From: Sphagnum compactum | Taxonomy: Eukaryota | Direction: 5' to 3' | Length of the DNA: 64,000 nucleotides | Assembly (NCBI GenBank): GCA_965153455.1 | Contig: OZ234494.1 | Span: forward strand, 12,400,001-12,464,000 | Notes under the pieces: model-generated | What the model was told of the DNA's origin: nothing | Databases searched by the model: none | What the model saw: only the letters and a program-made list of their open reading frames with translations | Shown: piece by piece, positions 39,148-52,559 of the stretch | Position numbering within the stretch: position 1 is the first letter of the stretch | How the letters are laid out: every line of letters starts with the position of its first letter | Position numbers and translations under genes: made by a program

Positions 39148-41939
39148 CTTTTGTGATGTGATAATACCAAAAATGGTCATTCTGCTAATCATGGTGCTAA
39201 TGGTGATAAGTTAAACATGTTACAACATGTTTGCTTTACTAGTTAATACATACGGTTGTGAAGTTTGGGATGCAACATTAGCATTTCAGAATGGAGTGGT
39301 GGAGGTGTTTTTAAAACATATCATGCACTAGATCATTTATATTTACCATGTGTTGAGTAAAAAAACCCAATACTTGGGAAATAATAATAGTTTAAGTTAT
39401 TTTGCCCAATGAATTCTCATAGTTTGTTGCAATTTGTTGTTTCAATCTTTTGTTTGTCCACACATCTAACATCTAATTTGTCCCAAAAAATCAAATTTAC
39501 TCGTTCACACATTGTGACTTCAAAGGGAATGGGCGACAATGGGGTCATAGATGTGCACCCACTCAAAAGTTCATGGAAAGCTTTCATAAAGCGCACATTA
39601 TTGGATATATGCAAATATAATTTGTTAAGTTATTGATCCTTAGTCCACTAACAAACCCCATCTCCTCCTCACTCCTTAAGATATTACACATAGGATCTTG
39701 TTGAACATATTCTATTAGCTCTCTACATTGAACATGGTATGGAGCCATGGTGTTGTGTTTCACCTCCCATCTTGAAGTTCCCCATCCACACTAATTTACT
39801 ACAAATATTTTGCATTGGTAATATCTAAAGGTCGTCCATCCTTGAAGATGATTTTGGGGGAAAAAAACTAGGTTACACCATCACTTTCTTTTTTGCCCGA
39901 AAGCCCAAACTTCCACATGCTTGGTGAGGTAATTCATGGCCATGACCAATTACAACATAAACATTTGTTTTCTGTGAGCATTACAATCGTCCTACCAAAT
40001 CCATGTCCACATGTGCAAAAATTATTGTGGCAAACATGTTTTGTGTAAAGTCTATGTTGCTTGATCTTGCCAAATAATATTTGTAATTGTGATACAAAAA
40101 AACTGCAAAATCCTTGATATTTTTAATCATCCTAATCTAGAAGTAGTTTTCTTAGAATTAGTTTTATGTCATGTTGATCCTTGAGTGGGTTACATAATTG
40201 ATATATTGATTAAGTTATAATAGTTCTCACACTTCATTTTATTTTGGAGCATTTTCTTGATACCACCTTTCAATTTAGTTGATTGATCTTCCCTTCCTTA
40301 ATGACACTATTATTTTTTCTTATGATAGTTTAATTGTCTTTTTAATAGGTTTGACAATTTTGGCAACATGTTAATGATTTTGCTTGCCTTACAAAGCACA
40401 ACTAAGATAACATGAAGATCTTTTGTAGTTAAAACTACTAGAATGGAGACTTTATAACAAATTAATTTTGTGTTGGTTGCATGGAATAGGTTTTCATGTG
40501 TGAGGATGTGCTTCCTTATCAAACTTATATGAAACAATGTTCATCAACAATTGGATTTTCTCATGGGGAATATATAATAACAAGAATATTTTTTGTGGTG
40601 CAACTAGTTGTTCAATTGCACAACCTTGTAACACCTTTCACCAAAGACAGCCAACCCGAAAAGATTGTTGGGTTGACAAGGTAAAGTTGAAAGTGCAATT
40701 CCATACAATGGTCAAAATACATGTTAGCATTTGAAACATGCATTTCCATGCACAATTGAGAGCATCATTGAAATATTGTTGTTTTTGCCAAGTGTATATG
40801 ATTTTTCATTGAAACAATTCTACAAAAAATAAACCAATGAGCAAGGTAACCTAAAAACTTGCATGGGAAAATGGTAAAAGAGAAAATGGTCCATCCATTG
40901 AAAAATGTGTGCCATGAAAAGATTGACAAAAATTATATTGAGTTGTTTTCTTTTTTGTCAATGATGGAAAAGTTACATTCATTTTAATTGAAATGCAAAA
41001 GGCTTAAATAGTGGTTCGCTATAGTCCATCTTTTGACAAAGAAAGATGGAGATAACACATTGATTAGCATTGGTCAATGGAGGAGAGCCATATCAAGATC
41101 TGACAAATAATCATAGTTGTGATTAATGTTAGTTTTGAAGTGGCCAAAACATAATTGTGGTTTTCAAACTCAAATGGAAGGTGGTATTTTGACATAAACA
41201 ATTGTGAAAATTGTGGGCTATGTTTACAACAATGTTTTATGAATTTCCAATACTAAATAACGAGACCAACACAAGATTTAACCATGCAATCCTTGGGAGT
41301 TTTTTAACCCACCAATATGGCTCAAAATCTTCATGGCCTTGGTTGGAATGCAATCACAACTTGAAATTAACATTGGTAGCTAGAAGATGAGAGAATACAT
41401 TTTATAAGTGATTGAAGTGATCAATATTGAATGTCTTTAAGTAAATATGAATGTCATTGGCATGCATATGGTGTTTGAAGGTATTAGAGGCATTTCAATG
41501 GCCTATTATAACCATGGTGTTGTGATTATCTAACCTTGGGCTCACATTTAAAGCCTAAATTAGACAAGGATTATGCTTGCCAACAAGCACAACATAAGGT
41601 GATAATTAAAGAAAATGAAATAGTTGCAGACAAATATAAATGGATTGCATTTTAAAGTTTATTAAGAAGTGGTACTTTTGTGGAAAGCCAAATATTTAGT
41701 AAAAATTGATGCCTAATTTGTTGGTGCACAACAAGAAAAATAAGCATATTTACTAAACCTAAATAATTAGTACAAAAAAGATTGAGTTGAAAGAAAGAAA
41801 TGATATACTTCATTTCAATTAAAAATTACCTAAAATTTTATCAAATGTTTTTAAAGGTGACTTGTAAATAGCTTATAAAGCAACAAATATGTAAATAATG
41901 ATCTACAAATTGGATCAAAATACATAGTTGTTTAAAGTA

Positions 41940-42232
41940 GGGTTTTTTTTTCAAATTCCTCAAGTAGGTGCACTAGTTAGGATCCTCAGCATTAATTAGC
42001 AATAAATGGCGACTGTCCTGGTGGACTAATAGATTTTTTTTGGAATCCTGCCTAGTTTTGGCAACCTGCAAGAACACCATGTCTAAATATGGCGACTTTT
42101 AAGTTTTTTTAGTCAAGATATGACGATTTTTTTTTTAAATCTCAAAAATCCTTTTGTTGAATGCGCCAGCCCCCTTTTTTTTTGTCACCAAGTTGCAAAA
42201 CTTCGCGAAAAAAAAAAAAAACAAAAAAACTG
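41940..42232. mobile_element. hAT-like MITE inserted in an AT-rich repeat
   Basis: Termini GGGTTTTTTT ... AAAAAAACTG, with TAAAGTA duplicated at 41933-41939 and 42233-42239. Removing the element restores colinearity with the uninterrupted repeat copy at ~48580-48670. Confidence 0.7.
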
Positions 42233-44049
42233 TAAAGTACAAATGTAAGAATCAAAACACATATTTTTATTAGTTAGTTAGTATAAAATCCAACGTTGTC
42301 ATTATAAAATTGTCATCATATATACGTATTGTACTCTTGTTATAGTTTACAACTTCCTACTGTGAGGACACATTTATGAGTGCTTGAAGGCACATGTCCT
42401 AGTTGGGGCATGGCTGTAAACCAAAGAATGTTGCCAATGGAAGCATTCATGGCTACCCTGTCACCAAAAAACGAGGACACTAATAAACAAAATGTAAAAC
42501 ATGCATATACTGAACAACAAATACACTCTCCAAACTTCATACTGGCCCGAGCCAATGGCCACCTAAATTCTGTCTAGAAACCAACAAAGAAACCGCCTTC
42601 TTCATCATAAAGAGGTTTTCGGTTTTCAGGGGGTCAGATCTCTCTGATCTCACTCTCTTGAGCCCACTGGCCTCTTTTCTCAAAGTCTTCAGACCCATAC
42701 AAATCACACGATCAAATTTCCTTGACACCATTACTCCATTTGACAAGATAGAAGACATGAATACAACACATCGACTTCCCCCAATCACTACTTCAAGAAT
42801 TCCTTACAAAGAACTACGCCCATCCCTTCTGTGATCGACCTTGTAGACTCAATGGACTACTGCAGTCCTTTAGAGTTCCCAAAATCAGGGTATTCGCTTT
42901 TGAAAAGCAAGACAACAAAACCGAAATACAAACAAAACACAAACACAGACTCTTGAAAAAAGTTGTTGGCCACTTTCGAAATCTCCAAAATTTCTCATCA
43001 TTCCCCCTTCTCAACCGTCATACCCAGTTCTAAGATAGATTCTATGCCTTTCTGAATACATTGCGCAGCGGATTGTTTTTGTACTTCCTTCAAGACAGAG
43101 ATCTACAAACCTCACCCCCACAACTTCTCCATCGCCCTCCAAAACCTCCACAGTGATCTCCCAAAATCTTCACAAAAGAAAAAGAATGAAAAAAAAATGA
43201 TCCCCAAGTTCTTCCTCAGAAGCCTCAAATAATCTCCTCATCACCTCATCTCCTTATCTCCTAAAAATCCCCCTTGCCAATCACTTTATAGAAATCTGAT
43301 CCACAAAGCCTTGAAAAGTTCTCATTGGGCTACTCATATTTTCTTCCATCTCCTAAACTATCTCACCTACTTCCTTTGTCATAACCTGCCAAGCCACCAA
43401 AAACACACAAAAATAGAAACATAGTAGATTAGATTTTTGTTTTATTTTAAAATTTTTTTTTAATGCCGTTGAAACACATTGCTGCTAGCAGTCCAATGCA
43501 ATCCAAATGGCCTTCACCCAAAAACAATTGACATTGTTTTCTGGTCACAACCCAAGATCTAGTTGGAAACATGAGCTTGTAACTAATTATGAGTATGATT
43601 AGACTTCTCCAAGCATTGCTGAAACGAACAAGCAAGATAGACAGATAACTGGATGGCAGTAGCAACGGTTGTCGGTGGTGTCGTCCAAAAATAGGAGTGC
43701 AGAGAGGAATTGATGGATGAGAGAATTGTGAGGAAAATGCGGAAGCACCAGGAGGGTTTATAAATGGCCGTGGTAGAGGAGGGAAAGTGAGTTGTAGCCA
43801 AAACGATGATGGAGAAAGGACAGCGAAACGAAACATGGCAACGAATGATAGCGGGAAAACTACGATGAGTTTCGCAATTAGACCCACCAACTAGCTCCTC
43901 CATACGCATTCTACCGTTGCGCCTGGCATACCTTGGGCCCGCCAACCCTAGCGAGCTCCTGCAATGCCAGGAATGTACTTCTTTCCAAGATTTTTATTTG
44001 GGGAGGGGGGGGTGTTGTGTTGCTTGAGTTTTTGCTTCTTAGGGGTTTT

Positions 44050-46910
44050 TAATTTTTTTAATGGCTCCTTCTTTATGTCCCCTGTTGGTGCAAGACATTC
44101 CTTATCCTCATTGTTCTCGCCTTTACACTTTAAGCAACCTTTCAAAGCATGTCAAGAGTGCCCACCCTTCTACTAGCTTCATTTCCTTTGTGCGCCTCGT
44201 TCTTTCCATTCATGGGAAAAAAAATTGACCACTTGTTTTCGCCGATGTCTAATTTTAAGGAAAGTCGATGAGTATAGTCGCGTAGCTAAAGCTCTCCAAC
44301 CCATGACGTTAGCTATTCTTTCAGAGGACACCATTGTTGCCCTATGCCAGCTGCACCCCCTTCCTTTAGATCTTGTCCCTCCACCTATTTTTGACTATCG
44401 CTTGAACACACTTTTGTCCTGGATAGGATTTTATTTACCCAAACTTTAACCACTATTCCCCGTTTATTTTTAGGTGGGCTTTTTAAGATAATATATGAGC
44501 ATTTCTTAGGATGCCTCATACCAGAAGACCCATTTAAAAAGTTTTTGGAATTATTCCAGGATGTTGTGGTTGTTATTCGTGGGGATATCCCTAGGGCGAT
44601 GGCCCTAATGTTGGGGGTTAGCAGATTACTGGCAATGGCAAAAGACATTGGTGGCCTTCGTCCTATTACTGTAGGTAAGGTGTTTCTTCAACTTGTTAAT
44701 CGCTCCATTGTCCTACAGTTTCCGGGGCCGTTTTAAGAGCACCTATCCCCCCCCCCATTAGTTTGGAGTATTAACCCCTGGAGGTTATGAAGCCATCCCT
44801 TTTGGTGTCTGAGCCCTCTTCAACCTGCACCCTAATTGGGCCATGATGTAGGTCGACGTTGAAAACATTTTTAATAACGTTTTTCAAAAAAGTTGTGTGA
44901 TGTCGGGGGGCTTTTGGCAAACATTGTCCCTTTTATCAAGTTGTTTTATGGTGTTCATTCTTTTTTTACTACCAACATGGGTGGCATGTAGAGGGGGTTA
45001 CCATTATTGAATCATCTTCAGGCACAAGGCAGGGTGACCCCCTAGGAGGTCCTTTATTTGATTTGGTTCATTATCAAACTCTCCTAAAGACCATCGCGCG
45101 AACCCCTAGTTGCGTTTTTCCAGCCCTGGTGGACGATACCCACATCGTGCGGCCTATGAATGAGATTTCTCGTGCCTTTAACCACCTTTCGACCCAATTA
45201 ACCCAAATTGGGCTTAAGGTCAAGGTGTTAAAGTGCAAGTTTTGGAATCCATTAGGGACCTCTTTAAGCATAAAAATTCTTCAAGACCATTTTTTGGTCA
45301 CAAATGGCTTATGCATTTTAGGTGTGCTAGTAGGTTCTTAAGACTTTGCCACACATTTTTTGGATGAAGCTTTATTTCAATACATGATGCATATTGATGA
45401 TCTTCCTGTCTTGGGAGACACCTAGGTTGTTTTGGGCATTTTGTCTTCATGTGTAATTCGTCAACCTTCTTATCTCACACGAACAGTATCTCCTCCTTCT
45501 TCCTTCCTATCTTTTTTGGTAGTCGACAAGAAAGTTATGCATGTATGTGGGGACATTATGGGTCCGGGATCGTGGGAATCTTTTCAGGGCCCTTTAACGA
45601 AACATTAGGCTCAATTATTGATATCCTTTAGTGGTATAAGCCTTCTTTCTATGGAGGATTGTGCCCCATCTATTTTTCTAGGGATTTGGGTTTGTTGGGT
45701 TTGGTGGCTCCATATTTATGTTCTAGGTTTCCTATTTTCGATAGGCTCGTTTGGAGGAGTATGCTTCTCAGGTTGAAGGGGGCTCACACTTGCTTAAATC
45801 ATGCCTACATGAAAGCGCAAAATGGCCTTCCTCATTTAGCTAAAGAAATCCACCCTTCTTTTGAGAGTTTAGCTATTACTAACGCCCCAGGTCTATAGGC
45901 TTCTTTGATGGACATCCACCACGACACATCCTTAGGTCTATCTTGGAGGATGACTCCATATCCTTAGCATCTAGAACTCGCATTTGTTTTTGTTTAGGCA
46001 AGGGGGCAGGGTTATGGTTGATTGTTAGGCCATCTATTTGTTCATTTCGCATCGCACATTTTATTTTCACCTCAGCATTGCATTTTTGCCTTAGTTTGAT
46101 TCAGCCTTCGGCATCTAGTTTTATCACGTGTGAGTGTGGACACGGGTTGGATGCATTTGGCATGGGTTTAATTCGTTGCCCATTTGGAGGTTAGTGGATA
46201 ACCACACATGATGCCATCCGAGACATTATGTATGCCCTCGTTCGAAAAAATGGCCACGTTGTATGGAGAGAACAGTGGTATGCCTTTATGTCAGGAGTTT
46301 CATTACGAGCCGATTTCTGCATGACCCAAGAGGACCAGGTCTTCGTTGTTGATGTGGTGGTTATTAACCTGAGGATGGTTTCGAGTGTCATTAGTTGACC
46401 AACAGGTGCAGCTGTGAAACTTAGTGCCATTACTAATATATGCAAGTATAGAGGGCTTCAAGAAGGGCACCTCTTTATTCCGATGGCCATGGAGGTGCAT
46501 GGCACACCCAGGCATGATATGGATTGTTTCATTTGGGAGTGTGCTCATCTTTTCCATGATAGACAATTGGGAGGTTATTTATCCTTGTCTTTTTGCATTT
46601 AATTTTTCAGGCAACGTGTTAGTATTGCTCTCCAACGTGCTTTAGCCTCTACTATAGAAAGGACGATTGCATTGGCAGGTGATGTTTGTTCTAGACCTCC
46701 CATTATTATTAAATCTCACGATGCATGCAAACAACATTAGAAAGGGTGTGGGTGAAATAGTTTCCTACCACGAAAGAGATTAATTCTCTTCTTTTTTTTG
46801 GGCCCTATGGGTTGTGCGTCTTTTGGTTTTTTTTGGCGTTCCTTTTTGTTTCCCCTGGGATGGTTCCAGTCATCGATCTTTTTACTGGATTTTTGTTGTT
46901 GAAAAAAAAA
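44050..46910 (+). mobile_element. Decayed CRE-clade-like (RLE-type) non-LTR retrotransposon
   Basis: RT motifs GGLRPITVG, *FGV, VDVENIFN, SSSGTRQGDPLGGPLF, FPALVDDTHI and GLKVKVLKC. After the RT come a zinc-knuckle region CECGHGLDAFG...CPFGG*WITTHDAIRD and RLE-like RAD..DVVV..KY...FIPMAMEVHG. A T-rich 3' region ends in A9 at 46902-46910. Multiple stops and frameshifts. Confidence 0.8.
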
Positions 46911-48578
46911 GTTAATTAGTTAAAATTTCAAATTGATTACTAGATAATTAATATTTGAATTAATTATTAACTATATTAATGGCTAGTTAATTTGAAATTG
47001 AATTAGTTATTGATTTTTTTTGTTAGTGTTAAATTACTAATATTAATTACTAGTAAAAGTTTCAAACATTATAAATATCTCTTGCATGAATTATTTATTC
47101 ATTTAATAATATATATCAAAGTGCATGTATTTTTGAGTGTTGATGTGTTAGAATTTCACACTAACATTGGCAACCATTCATAGGTTCAATTTTTGAATAT
47201 TTTTATAATAGTTCTAGCAATACATCTATGGAAATTTTAATTGTATTTTGAATTGAAAATTTGTAACTACTTTTGAATTATTTTTCTGTAATATTTCATA
47301 GAATTAATTTACATCCTAAAAGTATGATTTCACCAATAAAGGAATATATACCATTCTTTTTAAAATACTACACAAATTTATATCAAGAGTTATCTCTAGA
47401 CTTTTAATATATATTACAGTTTTAGTCAAACACTTGTTTATAGATTTTTAGCAACTAGGTTTTTCAAATTTGGAACCATTTTGTTTTAGTATTTTGTACT
47501 AGCAAATTTTTTTTATAAAAAATTGTATATATATATATACATATTATTTATTTTAAAAAAATTGTGCCAATTCTTGGAAAAAACATTAAATGTGGGGAAG
47601 AAACCCTAACATTTTGTGGGTAATATTATGATATGTGTTTTTATTTCCAATTAATCTAAAATAGTGTAGTCCAATGCATTGAGAAGCTTAACATCAATGA
47701 CAAAGTTGTTTTCAAAAGCCACATTGCTTGGAATATTTTCTTGTGATAGAGAAAATGCACAATACAATACTAGAGTATTTTTAAATTAGAACTCTTGAAC
47801 CAATGATTTATTTTCTTCAACCTCAAAATTGCATCGTAATTGAAAGAGTTTTTGGCCCATTATGTTCTTCTTATTATAAACATTTGTTTTGCTAACTTTA
47901 TCTACTAGACACGTCCATCAATTTTCTCTTGGCATTTCATTTGCTTTTGGCTGATTTTGGTTTTCCAATTGTTGTTTATAATGCCAATTTTCTTTTTGGA
48001 ACCATCACCAATGTGTTTCAAATGTTTACAACATCTGCAGGAGCAATTTTTACTTGCAAAAACATGACCAATGTATTCCCAATTTTTCTTACATTAATTC
48101 TTTTGTTGCTATCCTTATTTGACATCTATTAACATTTATTTTTGGCAAAGGTTGCATCACATACAACCCTTGTTACAAATTGATCCATAGATTTGTACCC
48201 ACTTATAGATTTTGATCACTTGTTGATCCTTTTGGTTAATTGGATCTTCCAATTATTTCATTCATGGTGTTTTGGACTTTAAGACTTACATTTACTAATC
48301 ATTGATTCTTAACGATCATGTATTGTTTGTTGCACATTGGAGTACTGAATACCAATTTAGATATTATTCATCACTAAATAACATTGATTATCACTTTTTA
48401 AATAAAAATTTTCATCAACATATCAAACTTTTATGGCTTGCAATCGAATGTTAGCACATGGCGATTTTAATGCATAAGGAGCCAACTAGTCATTATTTCT
48501 TTAATTACCAATTCAGCTTCTTATTTACCACCAATTTCATCCATACCTATTTCTAATAATCCATAAGTCCACTATTCT

Positions 48579-48911
48579 AAATGATTTGTAAGTTGGATCA
48601 AAGTACATAATTATTTAAAATACAAATGGAGGAATCAAAACACATATTTTTATTGGCTACTTAGTTAGAATCTGAATTTGATTACTAATCAATTAATATT
48701 TGAATTAGTTACTAACTATATTAATGGCTATTTAATTTGAATTTGGATTATTTATTGGTTTTTCTTATTAGTGTTAGGTTTTTAATATTAATTACTAGTA
48801 AAAAATTCAAACTCTATAAATATCTTTTTCTTGTGCTTTTTATTCATTCAATAGAATACATCAAAATGCATGTATCTTTGAATTTTAATGTGTTCAAATT
48901 TCACACTAACA
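48579..48911 (+). repeat. AT-rich dispersed repeat (intact copy; a split copy lies at 41898-42293 plus 46910-47166)
   Basis: 48675-48911 aligns by eye with 46930-47166 (TTGATTACTA...TAACTATATTAATGGCTA...TAATATTAATTACTAGTAAAA...TTTCACACTAACA). 48579-48672 aligns with 41898-41939 plus 42240-42290. Confidence 0.75.
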
Positions 48912-50962
48912 AAAACATTATATCAAAATAAAAAGAAAAATTAACCATTACTAAAGAAGAAAGATAAAACATTTTCCTACATCTAAACGATCAATCCCAA
49001 AATACCAAGTTGGAAAACAAAGTGGGTTAGATCCTTCAAATCAAAATCAACTCAAAATTTATTTTAAAAATTAAATCAAATGAAACAAACATCACTTTCC
49101 ATTTATCAAAAAATTGCACAAAGTCATTTTGGCATTCGTTGTAAAAACCTTTTAAAAGATTATGTAATTTCATATACCCACTAGTGGACCATCTCTTAGA
49201 AACCTATTATGATTCAATTGTCCATGAACCACAATTTAGTTACCAAGGTTCCACCTTCGTATCTTATCCTATAAACCAATATTGTTGGTCAATTCTTACT
49301 TATTTTCAATATCCAACATGGAGATTATGTGTGAAATATAAAAATTCCCTTACACATAACTTAGGTTTCAAATAAACTGGGTTTTTCCAATGCTTGGAAC
49401 ACACCAAGTATCAGTTTGCTTTATGTGCAATCAATTTGGTTGTTAATAAATTTATTTTCTTGCCTATTATGCATAAGGGTTGATTTTTGCAATAACTTGT
49501 TTGAAAACTACCCAATATAATGTTTAGGTAGGTTTTTAGCAAAAAATTATACCATGTAAGTTTTATTTTCATTCCATGTGCAAATTGATCTAGGCCAATT
49601 GATTCACAAAGGATAGGTTGTCAACATTTCCCATTGTTCATGACCCACAAGCCTAGTTGTTAGACATGGAATTAAACCACTAGTAACAATTTCATATACA
49701 TGCACTAGTTAATGTACAAGCTTTATTGTATTTTCTCCTTGAAAAGCATTTCCAAATATCATTTCTATTGCCTATTTGTGTTCATAATTAATACCAATTC
49801 ACATAGTTTACTCATTATTTATATAAAAAAATTACCCATTTTTATGTGTAGTACCTTGGGTAGGAATTATATAAGTTTTTACAAAAAATACTTTCTTGAA
49901 TTTGTTTAAATGGGATCAGTACTATGATTTATCCAATCCTATTTACTTCCTTGTGTCAAGCTTAGTTATTTAATTTCAACATTGAGATTTGGTATGAATG
50001 AATTATCACATTTGGACATAGAAGATCACCTATGGGACTATTCACCTTCATGCATTGGACTAGGTTTGAAAACAACTTGTGAAGCGATTGGAAGGTCATT
50101 GTTCTTGTTTTTGGGAAATTGTAGATCAGACAAAATCCATACATGTTAAGAATACATAACTTATCAAACTAGGTTTGAAGACAATTAATCAAACAATTGG
50201 AAGATCATTGCTTTTGTTTTTGGGTTACCACATATCAAACAAAATCTATACATATTACAAATACATAACTTACTATATAAATGGATGTCAAGGACGAATT
50301 AAATATTACAAAGGGGTTAAATGTTAAAGGGTGATATGTAGATTGCCTTTAGAACAACAATAAATAATGATATATAATATGTTGATAAGATGTAGATAAT
50401 GATATGTATTTTAAATGGAAGACTTCAACATTCACAATCCCTAATGTTTCAAATTAAAAAAATTCACATCTATTGATAAGACATAGAATAAGTACCTTAA
50501 GATATCCACACATTGGTTTTCAACCTAAGTTATAAATTGAATGCAAAGTTTATAATCTTTAGAAGAGTCTTTGAAAAATTCCTACCATGGGCAAAAAGAA
50601 ATCCTTACTAATTAGGATTTCCTTTTATCAAAGTATTTATAGATGAAAACACACAATGAAGTGCTATGATTAAAACTTGAAACCTTTTGTTGGAAGCATT
50701 GTATTAGGGCCTTTCAAGGTTTTTAATTTTAATTTTTAACATCTCGAAGTCTTGAGTACACATTACATTGAGGACATTCATGGACAATTTTTGTATAAAT
50801 TGTTAATGTGCATGGAATGGCACATCAACATTGTGCATAATTTGAATAGTTGCAAAACATATTACACTATTACCATTTACCATAAAAGAAGTTCAATGGT
50901 AAAAGGCCTTATTGTCAAGGGCCCGAAATTTCCAATTTAGTTTCAATTGCAATGATAAGAAA

Positions 50963-51881
50963 TGATGCCCCTTGGGCTTGTTGGTATGAGGGGTCATGGG
51001 TACTTTGTTGATTCTCAAAGTTGTAACATAATGCAAACCAAGGCATGTTCCTTAGCTTCACACACTTGGGGGTAAGAGGGGCTTGTGGGAGTTTTAGGAT
51101 GGGATTAAGACAAAGGTGTTAATGCAATATCATGAACAAATTAAACTTACACAAATCAAACAATAAATTGGTTAACATAAGTGGGAGTTAAATGGTGTTA
51201 GAACTTGTCAAGGGTAACCCAAACTCATTTGACTCACACAACTTGGATTTTTGGGAGGAAACACCATTTTCTTGCTTATACTATAATTTATGATTAGTAG
51301 TGAGGACTACATTCAAATGGCAAAAAAATTTAAGACTCCCAAATGGGAGTCCCAAAAATTGTTAAATTATGAGTCTCACAACTTTGTGAGCTCATAGCTC
51401 CTGCATATTAGTTCCAATTGAAAAAAGTTTAAGGGAAAATTGTTTGAAGAGATCTTTTCGATGTCATATCATATGCTTAATTTGGAGGCCATTTGACCCT
51501 TGTTTCACAAATTCTAGTGGTTAAACATTTTACCCTTGTTGTCAATTTGACTCCCAACCATGCTTTTGGCCATAACTCTTAATTCACAACTCCAAATGGA
51601 GAATGCAAACTCACTTTTGATATTTAAGCTTTAAGAAATTTTAGTGGTTTGGGAGCCCAATTTGAACCACATTTTTATTGACTACATTTTTGTCCCTTGA
51701 GGATTCCGGACTTTTGTGGGACTATAACTCCCTAGGTGTTTTCATTTGGAAATGTTCAAAGGATTCATTTCCTTGCACTCTTCCACTCTTGCGAGAGTGT
51801 TTGAGTCCTAGGACATTTTCCCTGTCTCCATTTTGTCTTGTGCCTAACCTCAATTACAAACCAAAGGCTAGTGTTGCAACA
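50963..51881. mobile_element. Old, heavily mutated solo LTR related to the 16031-16850 LTR
   Basis: Starts TGATGC and ends GTTGCAACA. Shared internal blocks GACTCCCAAATGGGAGTCCCAAAA and TTTGACTCCC...CTTTTGGCCATAACT...CTCCAAATG...AATGCAA. The flanks AGAAA and AAAAA match at 4 of 5 positions. Confidence 0.65.
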
Positions 51882-52559
51882 AAAAATCCCATGCAACATA
51901 TGTTTCTAGGTTTATGATGCTAGAAATTGCAAGCTTTCAAATTAAATTGGTGTAAATGGTGTTGAAATTGAAACACACCTTGGTTTTAAAATGTCAAGTA
52001 ATCCCATTGCCATATTATCGTGAACATCATGGGGTGCAATCACAATATTAAGAATCACAACAATTGTAATCAATGTTAGGTTTTTCATGTTTTAAATTGG
52101 TAATTTTATTTAGAGTTCAAATTTTTGGATTTACTTATATAATAAAATTCATAATATATCATGAAAACATGTGAAAAAAATAAAAATAAATTTAATGAAT
52201 TAAAAATATGAAAACATATTTATAAAACATTATAGCTAATGTTGTTAGATAATAAAAGGACTTGTAAAATGACTTGAAAAAGTTTGATTTTTTTTGGAAA
52301 TAATTCAATTTAAAATATTAAATCAAAAAATTCCAAGAATAAGAATCACCAAGGAAACAACTATGGTGTTTTTAAAAATTGTGTTTGCACCCCCCTCATC
52401 ATAAATTTCTATAAATTGTTAATGTGCATTAGTTTAAAATTCTACTATTTGAACTTTCAAGTTTGTAAAATATAGGTTCAGAATTTTTAAAACTTCCCCA
52501 ATATGAACTTCAACACACCTATGAACATGTACATTAAAGAATTTCAAAATGGGCAATTT

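Noticed and set aside
39700-41600. Possible minus-strand MULE transposase / SWIM finger relic
   Set aside because: Motif matches (CTCG..., MDG) are too weak and need frameshifts; this would need a tBLASTn or HMM search.
42815-42836. Resemblance to a miR390 target site (TAS3-like)
   Set aside because: Too many mismatches, including in the seed-pairing region, and no second site was seen.
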